Assembly (NCBI RefSeq): GCF_000143415.4
Contig: NW_003314286.1
Coordinates: 1,177,718-1,241,717 of the forward strand
Source: Selaginella moellendorffii
Taxonomy: Eukaryota > Plantae > Lycopodiophyta
Reading direction: 5' to 3'
Length of the DNA stretch: 64,000 nucleotides
Below the pieces are notes generated by a model. The model saw only the letters and a list, made by a program, of their open reading frames with translations. It ran no database searches and was not told the origin of the DNA. Below are positions 37,587 to 50,183 of the stretch, in pieces; the stretch's first letter is position 1; every line of letters begins with the position of its first letter. The position numbers and the translations under genes were made by a program.

Positions 37587-40500
37587 TGCAGCGCATGTGG
37601 TTTTTACCCTTTATCCGATGGTGATTTACCATAGGATAACACCACGAAGCGGAACCTAAACCCTCTTTGTGCCATGTGACAGATGCCATGTGTCACATGC
37701 CACGTGTCCAAAGGACAGTGGTGTGGAACCCGAGGTTTAGGGCCTTGGGCCACTGAATGAAGGAACGGTGCCAAACTCCCAAGCTTGGAGCCAAGGAGTG
37801 ACAAAACCAGACCATGGAGCAACTCCCGAGCATATAGCCTAAGGAGTGAAGGGACAGGCGCCCGAAGCAACTTGGAACAGTCCTAGAGCAACCAACATCC
37901 TAATGCCAGGACCAGCATGCAAAATGGAGCTAAACGGAGTCTGGTGCTATTTCAGCATATCGGTGGCCTAACGCGAGGATATGGGTACTCCACCAGCTAG
38001 CATGGTGTGGAGCTTGGGCTTAGACTCAAGCCGGATGCAGAACAAGGACAGGCACACAAGCGGGAGCTAGACTATGCCTCAGGTTGGTCGGCCATGCCCC
38101 ACCTACCCACTATCCCTACTATACATTTGGAACCCCCCATAGGCCCCCCCCCTTATGGAACACATGCTTTGGGCTTTCACCCCAAGCGTCCCTTAGTACC
38201 AAGAATTAGTCTCTAGGACAAGTTTGAAACTTACTAAATATGGAATGTCTCTAGATTGTGAATTTGGATACGGGATGAATACCATTGTGTTTAGGCTGAT
38301 CTCTACATTCCGTAGATATGCCAAATGAGCAAATCTGGACACTTTCCATAAATAGCATTTGGGACCGAAATGAGACTAACACAAAGGGCATGATAGCGAG
38401 GGTGTTTAGCAAACACGGTAAGCTATCATGTAGCGATATTGAGGGACCAATCTCAATACGCGAGGGTTCTTGTCAAGCCAGTGCAAGACAGAACAAAAGA
38501 GAACCAACAAGCCGGGCCGAGTATGCTCAGGTAAATAGACACTTAGGAATTCCTTCCTGTAGCGCACGTGGTTTTGACCCTTTATCCTATGGTGATTTAC
38601 CATAGGATAACACCACGAAGCGGAACCTAAACCCTCTTTGTGCCACGTGACAGATGCCACGTGTCACATACCACGTGTCCGTGCCACGTGTCCATAGGAA
38701 CCCGAGGTTCAGGGCCTTGGGCCACTGAACGAAGGAACGGTGCCAAACTCCCAAGCGTGACGCCAAGGAGTGATGGAACCGGACCACGGAGCAACTCCCG
38801 AGCATATAGCCCAAGGAGTGAAGGGACAGGAGCCCGGAGCGACTTGGAACAGTCCTGGAGCAACCAGCATACCAATGCCAGGACCAGCACGCAAAACGGA
38901 GCCAAACGGAGTCTGGCGCTATTTCGGCATACCGGTGGCCTTACGTGAGGATATGGGTACTCCACCAGCTAGCATGGAATGGAACTTGGGCTTAGACCCA
39001 AGCCGGACGCAGAACAAGGACAGGCACGCAAGCGGGAGCTAGACTATGCCTCAGGTTGGTCGGCCATGCCCGACCTACCCACTATCCCTACTATACATTT
39101 GGAACCCCCCATAGCCCCCCCCCCTTGAGGAACACACGCTTTGGGCTTTCACCCCAAGCCTCCCTTAGTATCAGGAGTTAGTCTCTGGGACAAACTTGAA
39201 ACTTACTAAATATGGAATGTCCTTAGATTGCAAATTTGGACACGGGACGAACACCATTGTGTTCAGGCCGATCTCTACATTTCGTAGATATGCCAAATGA
39301 GCAAATCTGGACACTTTCCATAAATAGCATTTGGGACCGAAATGAGACTAACACAAAGGGCATGATAGCGAGGGTGTTTGGCAGACACGGTAAGCTATCA
39401 TCCAGCGATATTGAGGGACCAATCTCAATACGCGAGGGTTCTTGTCAAGCCAGTGCAAGACAGAGCAAAAGAGAACTAAAAGCCAGGCCGAGTATGCTCA
39501 GCTAGAAACACATAGGAGTTCCTACCTTATGTCCATCTGGCTAAGTACAGATGCTAAGCCCAGTAAACTAACACTTGAACAAGAGGGGCTAATAAAGGGA
39601 ACCAGCAATACCGACCTCCTGCCATCGTGGCAGTAAGGTAAGAGTGTCCGTAAGGACTAGCCGACAGGTAACTTTCGATACCTGAAGTCACATTCGCGAC
39701 ACTTCCTTATGCTCATCCGGCCAAGTACAAATGCAAAGTCCAGTTTACTAACACTTGAATAAGAGGGACTAATAAAGGGTCCAGCAATACCGACCTCCTG
39801 CCATCGTGGCAGTAAGGTAAGAGTGTCCGTAAGGACTGGTCAACAGGTAACTTTCGATACCCAAAGTCACATGTGCGACACTCTCCCCCCCTAGGGAAGA
39901 TCGACGTCCTCGTCGATACATACTCGAGTCTAGAATACCACCAAGGAAACAACTCCAGAAAAAGTTTACGGTACTCACACTATGTGAGAAATGCACTAAC
40001 TTAAATGAGTTAGGGGGCAACCTCTTTGTCTAACATGGATGCGCTACAAGCTCAGACACCTTCCGGCTGTGGCCGACAATGAAATAACCAACGAAGTCAG
40101 CCACCCTTGCTGCTCTGGGTGTCACCCAGCTACAAAAGTGTGATACGCCCTGCCCGCAGGGACATAGAGAGAGAAGCCAGAGGCCCCAACCCTCCTGAGC
40201 AAAGAAACCAAACCCGTCGGTAAGGTTTAGATAGACTACTATAAACAGGTAGTTAGAGTTGTTTACACGGTCACGCCCTTTTCAACGGAATAAGGAACAT
40301 CGGCAGAGAGGCGGGTTATGTGACCAGTCGACAGTAGTTACCCCATGACTAGAGATTTCAACATGCACATGAAGTGCCAAAGCCAGTCTGCCTATACTGG
40401 CCCAAACTCAAAGATCAATATGTGGACTATATCAAAGTCAGAGACAATGATATCTTAGAGACATAATTATTAGTGAATAAAGCTTAGATTAGAACACAGA

Positions 40501-43500
40501 AGTATTCCAAGTAAGTTATTATTTGATAAACTAGTATTACAGTATAGGAACCACCAAGATCACTATCATTGGAAAATATAGGATTCACCATCTAACAAAA
40601 TTCAATAACAAGTATATCATTAAGTAAACTCAATGAGAAAACTTAACTACCAAAGATTGTAGACAGTATATTAAACAACTTACCAAAGATAACTCAAAGA
40701 TCACAAAATATCCTTAATCGACAAGCACAATGCTCACGAATGTATCACCCGAAGGAAATAACATCCTAATCAATCAGGACTAACTTGAGCAATGATGAAC
40801 AGAACAAAATGAATGTTGCAAAGCAAACAAACACTTAGTCATGCCAACCATCGCACCAGCCAATCTGAATAGATCCCGGTCAACAATACCAAGAAACTCA
40901 AGTTGCTTTAGCAAGTGTTAGCAACATCCTGCTAATGTCTCAAACCCAAGAGACCAATCTAGAGAAAGCCACAAAAAACATGTGGTATTGCGAAAAGCCA
41001 TAATCCATCAAAGAGAACAACTAACCATCATGAAAGATCATTAATCATCCCATCAATAAAGAAATGCATAATCGTCACCAAAGAAAGATTCCACCATCCC
41101 GAAAAATGGCAAATCATTCTAGATCAATGATAATCAAGCAAAACTTTTGACAAGGATAATCAACTATCCTAGATGATAGTCAATCATCACCAATGATTGC
41201 TAGATGCAAAAGCCAACTTCAACATTGAAGCTAATAAGCCAAAATGCCTTCCCCAACATCTAACAAATGGAACAATGGGCACAAAACTCAAGGAACCAAA
41301 GCTCAAAGAAGCCTATAGCCAAGTCTTGCCTAATAATGATCACAAGTCTCATAAAAGCTAACTTCAATGTGAAAGAAGAAATCGTGATGCAACTCACAAT
41401 ATCTTCCTCAACATATCCATAATCCAAACTTCATAATGCCAAAGCTAATGAAGAGCATGTCTGCATCAATCCAAAAGCTAAGCATAACGAAGCTATGCTT
41501 AACAAGTGATCATTAAATGATCCTCCATGAATCCATCTATAGCAAGACATAACACACTTCATAATAAGCCCAAAAAAGAATCATTAATGATCGCTATATC
41601 CCGAACTCAAATCTAGCAAGGACTCAACATTCTAATATCGATCACTAACTCTTCCTTTTGTAGAGTTAACATAGTCCACAACTAAATCACTTTTCAAGGA
41701 AAAGCTAAAGCTCAACCCTCTATTAAATAACCTTGTCTAGAACACAATTAACTCAGCTTGCCACTTAGTTCATTTAAACGTCAACACAATTGCTAACTAG
41801 CAAATGCACGAATGCCAACAACACAAAACTATAGCCAAATCATCAACACTATATTCATCAAGACTAATGAAACTCAATATCAATCCTTGGAAGGATATCT
41901 CATTTCACTCAGATCTCAATATCAACAATGTCAATGACAAAGCATCACTTCAATGCTATTAACACTAAAACAAAGCTAGAAGAAAGCACGAGTGAATCAC
42001 CACTCAAAACTCTCCAACAACCAAGCTAACCAAAGTCAAAGATACCTTAGTCAATATCCAAGACCAATCCTCTAACAAAACTCAGTTATAGATAACGTCC
42101 AAGACTCAATGAAATCCAACACTATGAACTAGATGCAACCAAATGATATCGACAGAGGTAGAATCGACATGACAACATGGAAAACCTATGTAAGTCTAAC
42201 AACACGATCCTCCACAACACCATTCGGCAAAGCAAGCCTATCACCGCTAAATCATCATCGAATGAAGCAAGTGTCAACAGTCCTGAGAAAAGTCTATAAG
42301 TAATCACTAGTCGCTAAGCAACTAACAATCACCCTTCAACTTGCCTTCACAAGACCCAACACTAAACTCACGTCACCGAGTTATATACTTGTCCAACATA
42401 AACGTAATACCCTAGATCGAGATAAAAGTTCATAGACAAGCACGAACTAAATGACCACTCAAATCCAACTCAACCGCAATAAATTCACTAATGCATTTAG
42501 CCATTAGTTCTGAGCATGCCTTGAAGAGGCTAACTATGCGATTAACACTCAGTCGAAACTAAAGTGAAGACCATGAGATGGACTCATATTGGTACACAAC
42601 CTCCTCACAGACAAAGCTATAATACGGGTACCAACATCTTAACTTTAAACAACTAAGTTGGACATCACCATCCTCAACCAAGGCGTAGGGCCACGAAGAC
42701 CAAGTCAAGATCAGTGAGAGCTCACTACTCTCATAGAGTCTAAGCGAAATGCAAGGTGCAACCTGCCACCGAGCATAATGCTACAAAAGAAAGGCACAAG
42801 AGTCACCCTTCTTAGAAAAGTGCAACAACCACTTTTCTACACCAACTCCAGACTCTATCCAACTCAATTGCCTTAGCCCCAAAAGTTAGCATCCCTTTTG
42901 GGCTGCATCATACAAACTATCTACTAAAGTTTAAGCCGACCGAAGTCAACTTCAACCCCTTCACTAGTTTGTATTGGATTTCAAAAACGGAATGGTTTTC
43001 AGGCAAAGTGATCAATATATCAGCCATTGGATAAGTCTAAGAAAATTTGTGGAAAATTTTCCATCCTAGAGAAAGAATGACTCTCAGTCCAGGAATGCAA
43101 ACTTTCAAGACTCAACCAACTTCCTCCTACAAACAACTTCACATAAGTTCACCTCAACACAAATTCTCATGACCCATAATATGCTTAAGCATTGAACATC
43201 TTTGCCCATTTTTCCGATATCCAACACAGACATCCATAAAATGCAAAATGAACATCCAAGGCTTAATCACGAAGACCACATCTCCAGATATCCACATTGC
43301 ACTAACACTCTTCTTCAACCATCTTCAAGATCCAATATGAAGCCAAAACACTTAACAAGAAAAATGACATGGAAAATCAAGCTCTAAGGAAAACTTCCTC
43401 ATCACTCGAAATAACAATGCCACTTCCAGTAACACAAGTGCTAGCGATGTCAATGCCTTAACTACACACTTTCTCCATCCAACAATCTACTCCAAGTGCT

Positions 43501-45901
43501 AACAAATCAACCAACGAATTATAGCAAATGAATGCTACAACCCTTTTCCAACACCTTAATGGGCAAACTCAAGGAAACAAGGTACCAACTTAAGCTTGGC
43601 ATAATGGACCACCAACGAGAATCCAGTCAAAGCTACTACAATGCTACTTCATGCAAGTAGACTAACTTCTCTATCAACCACCTTGGGATTGATCATCATT
43701 TAACCAAGCAACTTCGTAAACACATTGCTCATTATCATATGGATATGATATGAGTATCACAATGACTTGATCATCAATCGAGCAACACTACGAGCAATGC
43801 CCATGTCATTACTACAAAGGTTTATGTGAATATCAAGTGCCAACTCGATTTGACAAAATGCAACATAAATGCCACACTCCACCGATAGAGATTTACGACA
43901 CCTAACACTACTAACTTTTGTTCACAACACGGACAAGCTTATGCCACTCTCTATCTGACTAAACTCAAAACTAATTTAACACCAAGCTACTCAAGGAGCA
44001 ATAGCAAGGTTCCCCAGAAAAGAATTGAGCATTGCAACCCACGTCTTCAATAGCAAGCCTAGACAAAATGGTATAGCACTTCACCGCTATTCATCCCACA
44101 ACTCACCATTGTAAGACCATCATCTCCAACATGCATCAAGATAGGGACTTTTGTTTGCATGATGTGAACACGAGCAATGAGTTAATACCTCATTGCAAAT
44201 CATCTCTCCAAGAAGAGAAAATGATTTATGTGTTTGAGCCTTTGTCCCTGACGACTCTCTTTCCGGCCTTATCTTGACTAAACCTCAAGCTTGCGTTCGC
44301 ACTGCCTTCAGTTCAATCCAAGAAAAGTTTATGAGAGAGCACGGCAATGATTTCTTGAATCAATAGACCAATCCCCACAGTTTTGATTGATTCACCTATA
44401 ATCATGCCTAGGAAAGATCCACTAGTGCCGTGCTAAACAACTATGGACCAGCCTATTTGCCACTCATAACAAACCCAGGGAAGGTTTACTTTCACCCATG
44501 GTACATGGAACAACTCATGGAACCACCGATAGGCTAATATTAATCCTGCCAACTCAAAGTGTAACCTTGAGTTGCTAATGTGCATCACTCACGAGCCCAA
44601 GCGCAAACTCGTGCAAACGAAACAACTCAGTCCACCCTATGAGCCCAAGAGCAAGCTCACATAATATGGAACAAAAAGGTAACCAAAACCTATCCCAAGG
44701 AACCAATGCGAAGTCTTTGCACCAAAACATGTACCCACTCGGATCATCGTTTTCATCTCTGCGTATGCAACTAGACTAGTTGCCCAATCTCATTGGATAG
44801 TTCTCGCCAAGACTTATCCTCTGATACCAAATGTAGCGCACATGGTTTTTACCCTTTATCCTATGGTGATTTACCATAGGATAACACCACGAAGCGGAAC
44901 CTAAACCCTCTTTGTGCCATGTGATAGATGCCACATGTCACATGCCACGTGTCCAAAGGATAGTGGTGTGGAACCCAAGGTTTAGGGCCTTGGGCCACTG
45001 AACGAAGGAACGGTGCCAAATTCCCAAGTTTGGAGCCAAGGAGTGACAGAACCGAACCATGGAGCAACTCTTGAGCATATAGCCTAAGGAGCGAAGAGAC
45101 AGGAGCCTGGAGCGACTTGGAACAGTCCTAGAGCAACCAGCATCCCAATGCCAGGACCAGCACGCAAAATGGAGCCAAATGGAGTCTAGTGCTATTTCGG
45201 CATACTGGTGGCCTAACGCGAGGATATAGGTACTCCACCAGCTAGCATGGTGTGGAGCTTGGGCTTAGACCCAAGCTGGACATAGAACAAGGACAAGCAC
45301 GCAAGTGGGAGCTAGACTATGCCTCAGGTTGGTCAACCATGCCCAACCTACCCATTATCCCTACTATACATTTGGAACCCCCCCACAGCCCCCCCCCCCT
45401 TATGGAACACACGCTTTGGGCTTTCACCCCAAGCGTCCCTTAGTACCAGGAGTTAGTCTCTGGGACAAATTTGAAACTTACTAAATATGGAATGTCCCTA
45501 GATTGTGAATTTGGATACGGGATGAATACCATTGTGTTCAGGCTGATCTCTACATTCCATAGATATGCTAAATGAGCAAATCTGGACACTTTCCATAAAT
45601 AGCATTTGGGACTGAAATGAGACTAACACAAAGGGCATGATAGCGAGGGTGTTTAGCAAACACGGTAAGCTATCATGTAGCGATATTGAGGGACCAATCT
45701 CAATACGCGAGGGTTCTTGTCAAGCCAGTGCAAGACAGAGCAAAAGAGAACTAACAAGCCGGGCCAAGTATGCTCAACTAAATAGACACTTAGGAATTCC
45801 TTCCTTATGCTCATCCGGCCAAGTACAGATGTAAAGTCCAATTTACTAACACTTGAATAAGAGGGACTAATAAAGGGTCCAGCAATACTGACCTCCTGCC
45901 A
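37587..45901 (-). mobile_element. Non-autonomous LTR retrotransposon family B: 5' LTR 45901-44832 (outer end truncated), 3' LTR 39880-37587
   Basis: Direct repeats >1 kb, PBS TGGTATCAGAG (tRNA-iMet) at ~44819-44829, PPT AGGGGGGGAGAG at 39881-39893, ~5-kb internal region without long ORFs. Confidence 0.85.
38558..39701 (-). mobile_element. Solo LTR of family B inserted inside the 3' LTR of the same family
   Basis: TG...CA ends and TSD CTTCC (38553-38557, 39702-39706). The empty site GGAATTCCTTCCTTATGC is visible in the 5' LTR at ~45793-45810. Confidence 0.92.
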
Positions 45902-46293
45902 TTTATTGTCCTAAAACCCTAGATTGTGGAAAATAAGAGGAGTAGTCCTCTTGTGTAGTGATTAAAGATACAATCACATGGTGAAGAAGTCCTAGAGGTT
46001 AGTGGAAAGATAAATTTAAAGTGTTATACTTAAACATTGCAATTAGGTTATAATGTGATTGTGGATATAAAATTTAAATTGTATTTGCAAATCTTATGTA
46101 GATGCAAATGGTGTAAGCATGGTTTATCTTATTAAATCACATATTTTACCTAGTGATCAGGCCTTTAGGCCTTGACTTAGTGGTAGTGTCGATGAGCACA
46201 ATTATGGATGGATGGGGACTTGGTGGGGACTAAAACAGGGACATTGGGAAAGGGTGTTCTCCATATCTCTGGGCATTTTAAGGATGTTAAATT

Positions 46294-47002
46294 TGTAAGC
46301 TCTTGAATTTGGACTTCGTGAGAGGTTACCCAACCTAGTACTATTCAAATCCAAGGACGTTTAACCCCAAGTATCCCAAGATCCTTAACCGATTGGAAAA
46401 AAGGGTGCACTCTTATTCATGGGCCCTTTCCCTCTATATTTGAACTCTATAGATCGTTTCTTGAGTTATTCTCTTTGGTTGCTTACAATTCACCATGCTT
46501 CCTTGCAAGTTCACACCCTTGTGAATGGAAGTTGAGAGCTGCAGCTCTCCTGAGAGCCCAGCTCTCTTGACACCCTACCCCTCGAGTCGAGCCCAACCAG
46601 AAGCAAACTAGACCTACCAAATGTCAATCAACATGTGATGTAATTCCCTTAGCCAACCAATAGAGTTAGACTCGAGACCACTCTGATACCAAATGTAAGC
46701 ACTAAATTTGGATTCGAGACCGCTCTGATACCAAATATAAGCACCTAAATTTGGATTTCCCTGGAGGTCACCCAACAGAGTCAGACCCGAGACCGCTCTG
46801 ATACCAAATGTAAGCTCCTAAATTTGGACTTCCTAGAAGGTCACCCAACCCAATACTATTCAAACTCAAGGATGCTTAACCCCAAGTATCTTAATACCTT
46901 TAACCGATTGGAAAAGAGGGTGCACTCTTATTCATGGGCCCTTTCCCTCTATATTTGAACCCTATGGATCATTTCTCGAATCGTTCTTTATGGTTGCTTA
47001 CA
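46294..47002 (-). mobile_element. TRIM-like miniature LTR element (LTRs ~46294-46487 and 46809-47002)
   Basis: ~195-bp TG...CA direct repeats, ~320-bp non-coding interior with three tRNA-iMet PBS copies. Confidence 0.78.
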
Positions 47003-47009
47003 ATTCAGT

Positions 47010-50000
47010 TGTGAGACATAAAAATCCCTATGCCCCAAAGAGGAGCCGAAAGGGTGCCATGTGGTAGTGGCCAAAGCGAAAGCCAATCAAGCGTAACACA
47101 TTTGGACTAAAAGCTCATACTTGAAGAGTCGAGAGTGAGAGTAGAACTCTCAATAGAGTGCTCAAGGAATGAGCATGAAGCGAGCAATAAAAGAGTCTCT
47201 AGAAGAGGGACACAAGAGGACCAACACATGATATGTGGTTGAGTCCGAGATGGAGTCTGAGATGGACCCGAGATGGAGTCCGAGACAGACCCGAGATGGA
47301 GTCCGAGATGGACCCAAGATGGAGTCTGAGATGGAGTCTGAGATAGACTCGAGATGGAGTCTGAGAAGGACCCAAGATGGAGTCTGAGATGGACCCGAGA
47401 TGAAGACCGAGACCAAGACCGAGATGGAGACCGAGACCAAGACCAAGATGGAGTCCGAGATGGACCCGAGATGGAGTCCAAGATGGACTGAGATGGAGTC
47501 TGAGAAGGACCTGAGATGGAGACCAAGATTGAGACCGAGACTGAGACCGGGATCGAGAATGAGATTGGGACCGAGACCGAGACCGAGACCGAGACCAAGG
47601 CTGAGGCCGAGGCTGAGATTGAGACTGAGTCTGAGTCCGAGTCTGAATCGAGTCCGAAGGTGAAAGCCCAAAGCGTTCGTCTCCTAGACCCTGGAGGGTT
47701 TGGTGAGCTCCAAAAGTATAATAGGGGGGAGGACTCCAATGGAGCCAGTTTGGCCAGGAAAGGCTAGTTTGGCCCAGGAAAGTTGTACCCAGGTATTGGG
47801 TGATGGGATAACCACTAAGAAGTCCAAGGCTAGAGTGAATATGGATTGATAAGCGGGGTAGTTTAGTGAAGTGTTCAAGAGTGGGCTCTAGTTCCCCTTG
47901 GAGATTGAATGGCCGATACTCCCAGTCCAAGTGTGGGTGGCACTCCTTACTTGGATACCTGGCATGGCTCAACGGAACCTTGCTCTAATCCCATGGCTAG
48001 AGCGCCCAAAGGCAGAAGGTGGGGAAAGTACCCATGAAGCTCGCATAAGGCCACAGTGTTCCGAAATGTTATCCCAAAGTCCTAGACTATAAAAAGGAAG
48101 AGGAGTGGTCCTCTAGTGTAGTGACTAAGGATATGGTCATGTGGTGAAGAAGTCCCAGAGGACAGTGGGACTTAGTGGTCAGGCCTATGGGCCTTTTCCT
48201 AATGGCAGTGTTGGTGAATATGGCTATGGACAGAAAAGGGACTTGGTGGGGATTGTAAAAGGGATACTAGAGAAGGTTGTTCCCCATGTTTGTGAGCATC
48301 TTAAGGATGCTAAAGAGTGGACCTAGAATGGTCACTCATGGATGGATGGCCAAATCATTGAGAGACGGGACTATGATGCAAGTGGTGTTGGACCACTAGT
48401 GTGACCAAAGTGAATAGGCATGGCTATAGCATAATGGGCTAGTATGTCGGTGGTACCTTGGGGTGTTAGTCATTGGATCGAACATGTGGAGCACTTGGAC
48501 CAAATACAATGGTTGAGTGGCATGGATGCCATTCTTGGGGCTAGCAAGTCTCTAAGTCCAAAATAGGACTTACGAAGGTTGTGAGTGAGACTCTTCCAAG
48601 TGGTTGAAGGTGTGGTTAAGTGATTAAAGTAGAATGGAAAATTTAGTTGCTTAAAACTTGGTATCAGAGTTGTTTCTTAGTCCGACTTTTATTGGTGCTC
48701 AAGTATATCACCACTAGTGTTGGCATCGGAAGGTCGTAAGAGTGGCCTATCCTTGGGGAGTAGCAAGTCGGGAAGACATAGCTCTCCACTACAGTTCATG
48801 TGTGAGATTGTAAGCGAAGTGGTGGATAGAAAAGAGCCAATAATGCAACGACTTTGGGATCTTGGGAACAGTATAATAGTTTCCTCAGAGAGTTAAGGAT
48901 GTGATCCAGATGGGTGTTTGACTTAGGAAATTGGCTAAAGTATTTGTGATAAACAACTATAGTTGGGATCATGGGGAAGATAGAGACTCCAAAATAATAA
49001 AAGAGTCACAAGACTACCCTCATATAGTTGAGGCTAGTGCTCATGAATTTGAGACCTAAATTGATAACTGTGGGAGGTCAAATACAAATAAGGATATAAG
49101 TCCTTGAAATAGTAGTAGGGGTTACTTTTTATAAATGCTGGAACAAACCCAAGGAGTTAGGGGTGTGCTTAAAGGATGAGTTGGTAATCTCATCATATGG
49201 ATGGATAGTCCTAAAGGGCAAGGGTAGCTCACAAGGAACAGAAAATAATCAAGTGTTGGAATAACACTTGCAAAGATGGTTCTTATGAGTACGACATGAA
49301 TACAATAGGTTATATTCCAGGAAGTTAACACCTCAAAAGTGGGACATTACGGATCATTAGATTAGCAAAGTTTAAAAAGCTAGATAACTCAAGTAGAGTC
49401 AAAGAATGGTCTTAAGGGACTAATAGAAGCATTTGGACTGAGGTGTGTTGTGCCCTACGAAGGATGGGGAAGATCATAGGATCCAAGTACGAGAATAGTG
49501 GCTATCTCATTGATGGCAGAAAGTGCCATACTCAAGTCGTGGGAAAGGTGTTCCCATAAGAAAACAACTTTGATACAAAGTTGTGTGTAAACTCTATGGT
49601 ACATATTAATGGATAGTTGGCGTGAGAAACAATAGTATTAGTTTTGGCAAAGACCTAAACACAAGCAAAAAGTTTCATAAAGGTAAGCTTGTGGAGCCAA
49701 TAGTGTGGAGACATCAAATGCACCAATGCATGATGCCTTGAGGTTAAGTTGACGGGTTCATGAAAACCCCTCCTCAAAGGAATCCTAATGGAAATGGGAA
49801 TGGCATAGCCTAAATTGAAAAGCATGCGGTTAGAGTGTGGTGATCCAAATAATGATGGAGGTGTGGAAGCACCAGCAATGAGTTGTAGAACTTGACCATT
49901 ATGAGGCAACTAAGTAAAAGGTGTAAAATAATAATTGATTAAACTGGTAGAAAGTAACTACCCAAGACTTTTTATTGGGATAAAGAAGTTAGATGTACCC

Positions 50001-50183
50001 TTATGGGGGATAAATCACTTAAGTTGTAATATAGTAAGTCAATGTCGTAAAGGGAATGCTCATTGTCAAAGAAGGCTATCATTAGGACACCCAAACACTC
50101 TAAAACACCAAGAAGTAGTATTTGGTGTCATGAGGGCATTAGATAAGGCCCAAGAGACTAAGTCCTTAGCAAATGATAGATAG
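47010..50183 (+). mobile_element. LARD family A copy of intermediate age (5' LTR 47010-48655, PBS 48659-48670), interrupted at 50183 by the chromovirus
   Basis: Colinear with 55197-~58551 of the young copy; homology stops at the chromovirus LTR. Confidence 0.88.

Larger units (their letters stand above)
37466..46290 (+). mobile_element. Fragmented old LARD family A LTR (pieces 37466-37586 and ~45902-46290) hosting later insertions
   Basis: TGTGAGACATAAATCCC start, and a downstream piece homologous to the family A LTR interior. Confidence 0.6.
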
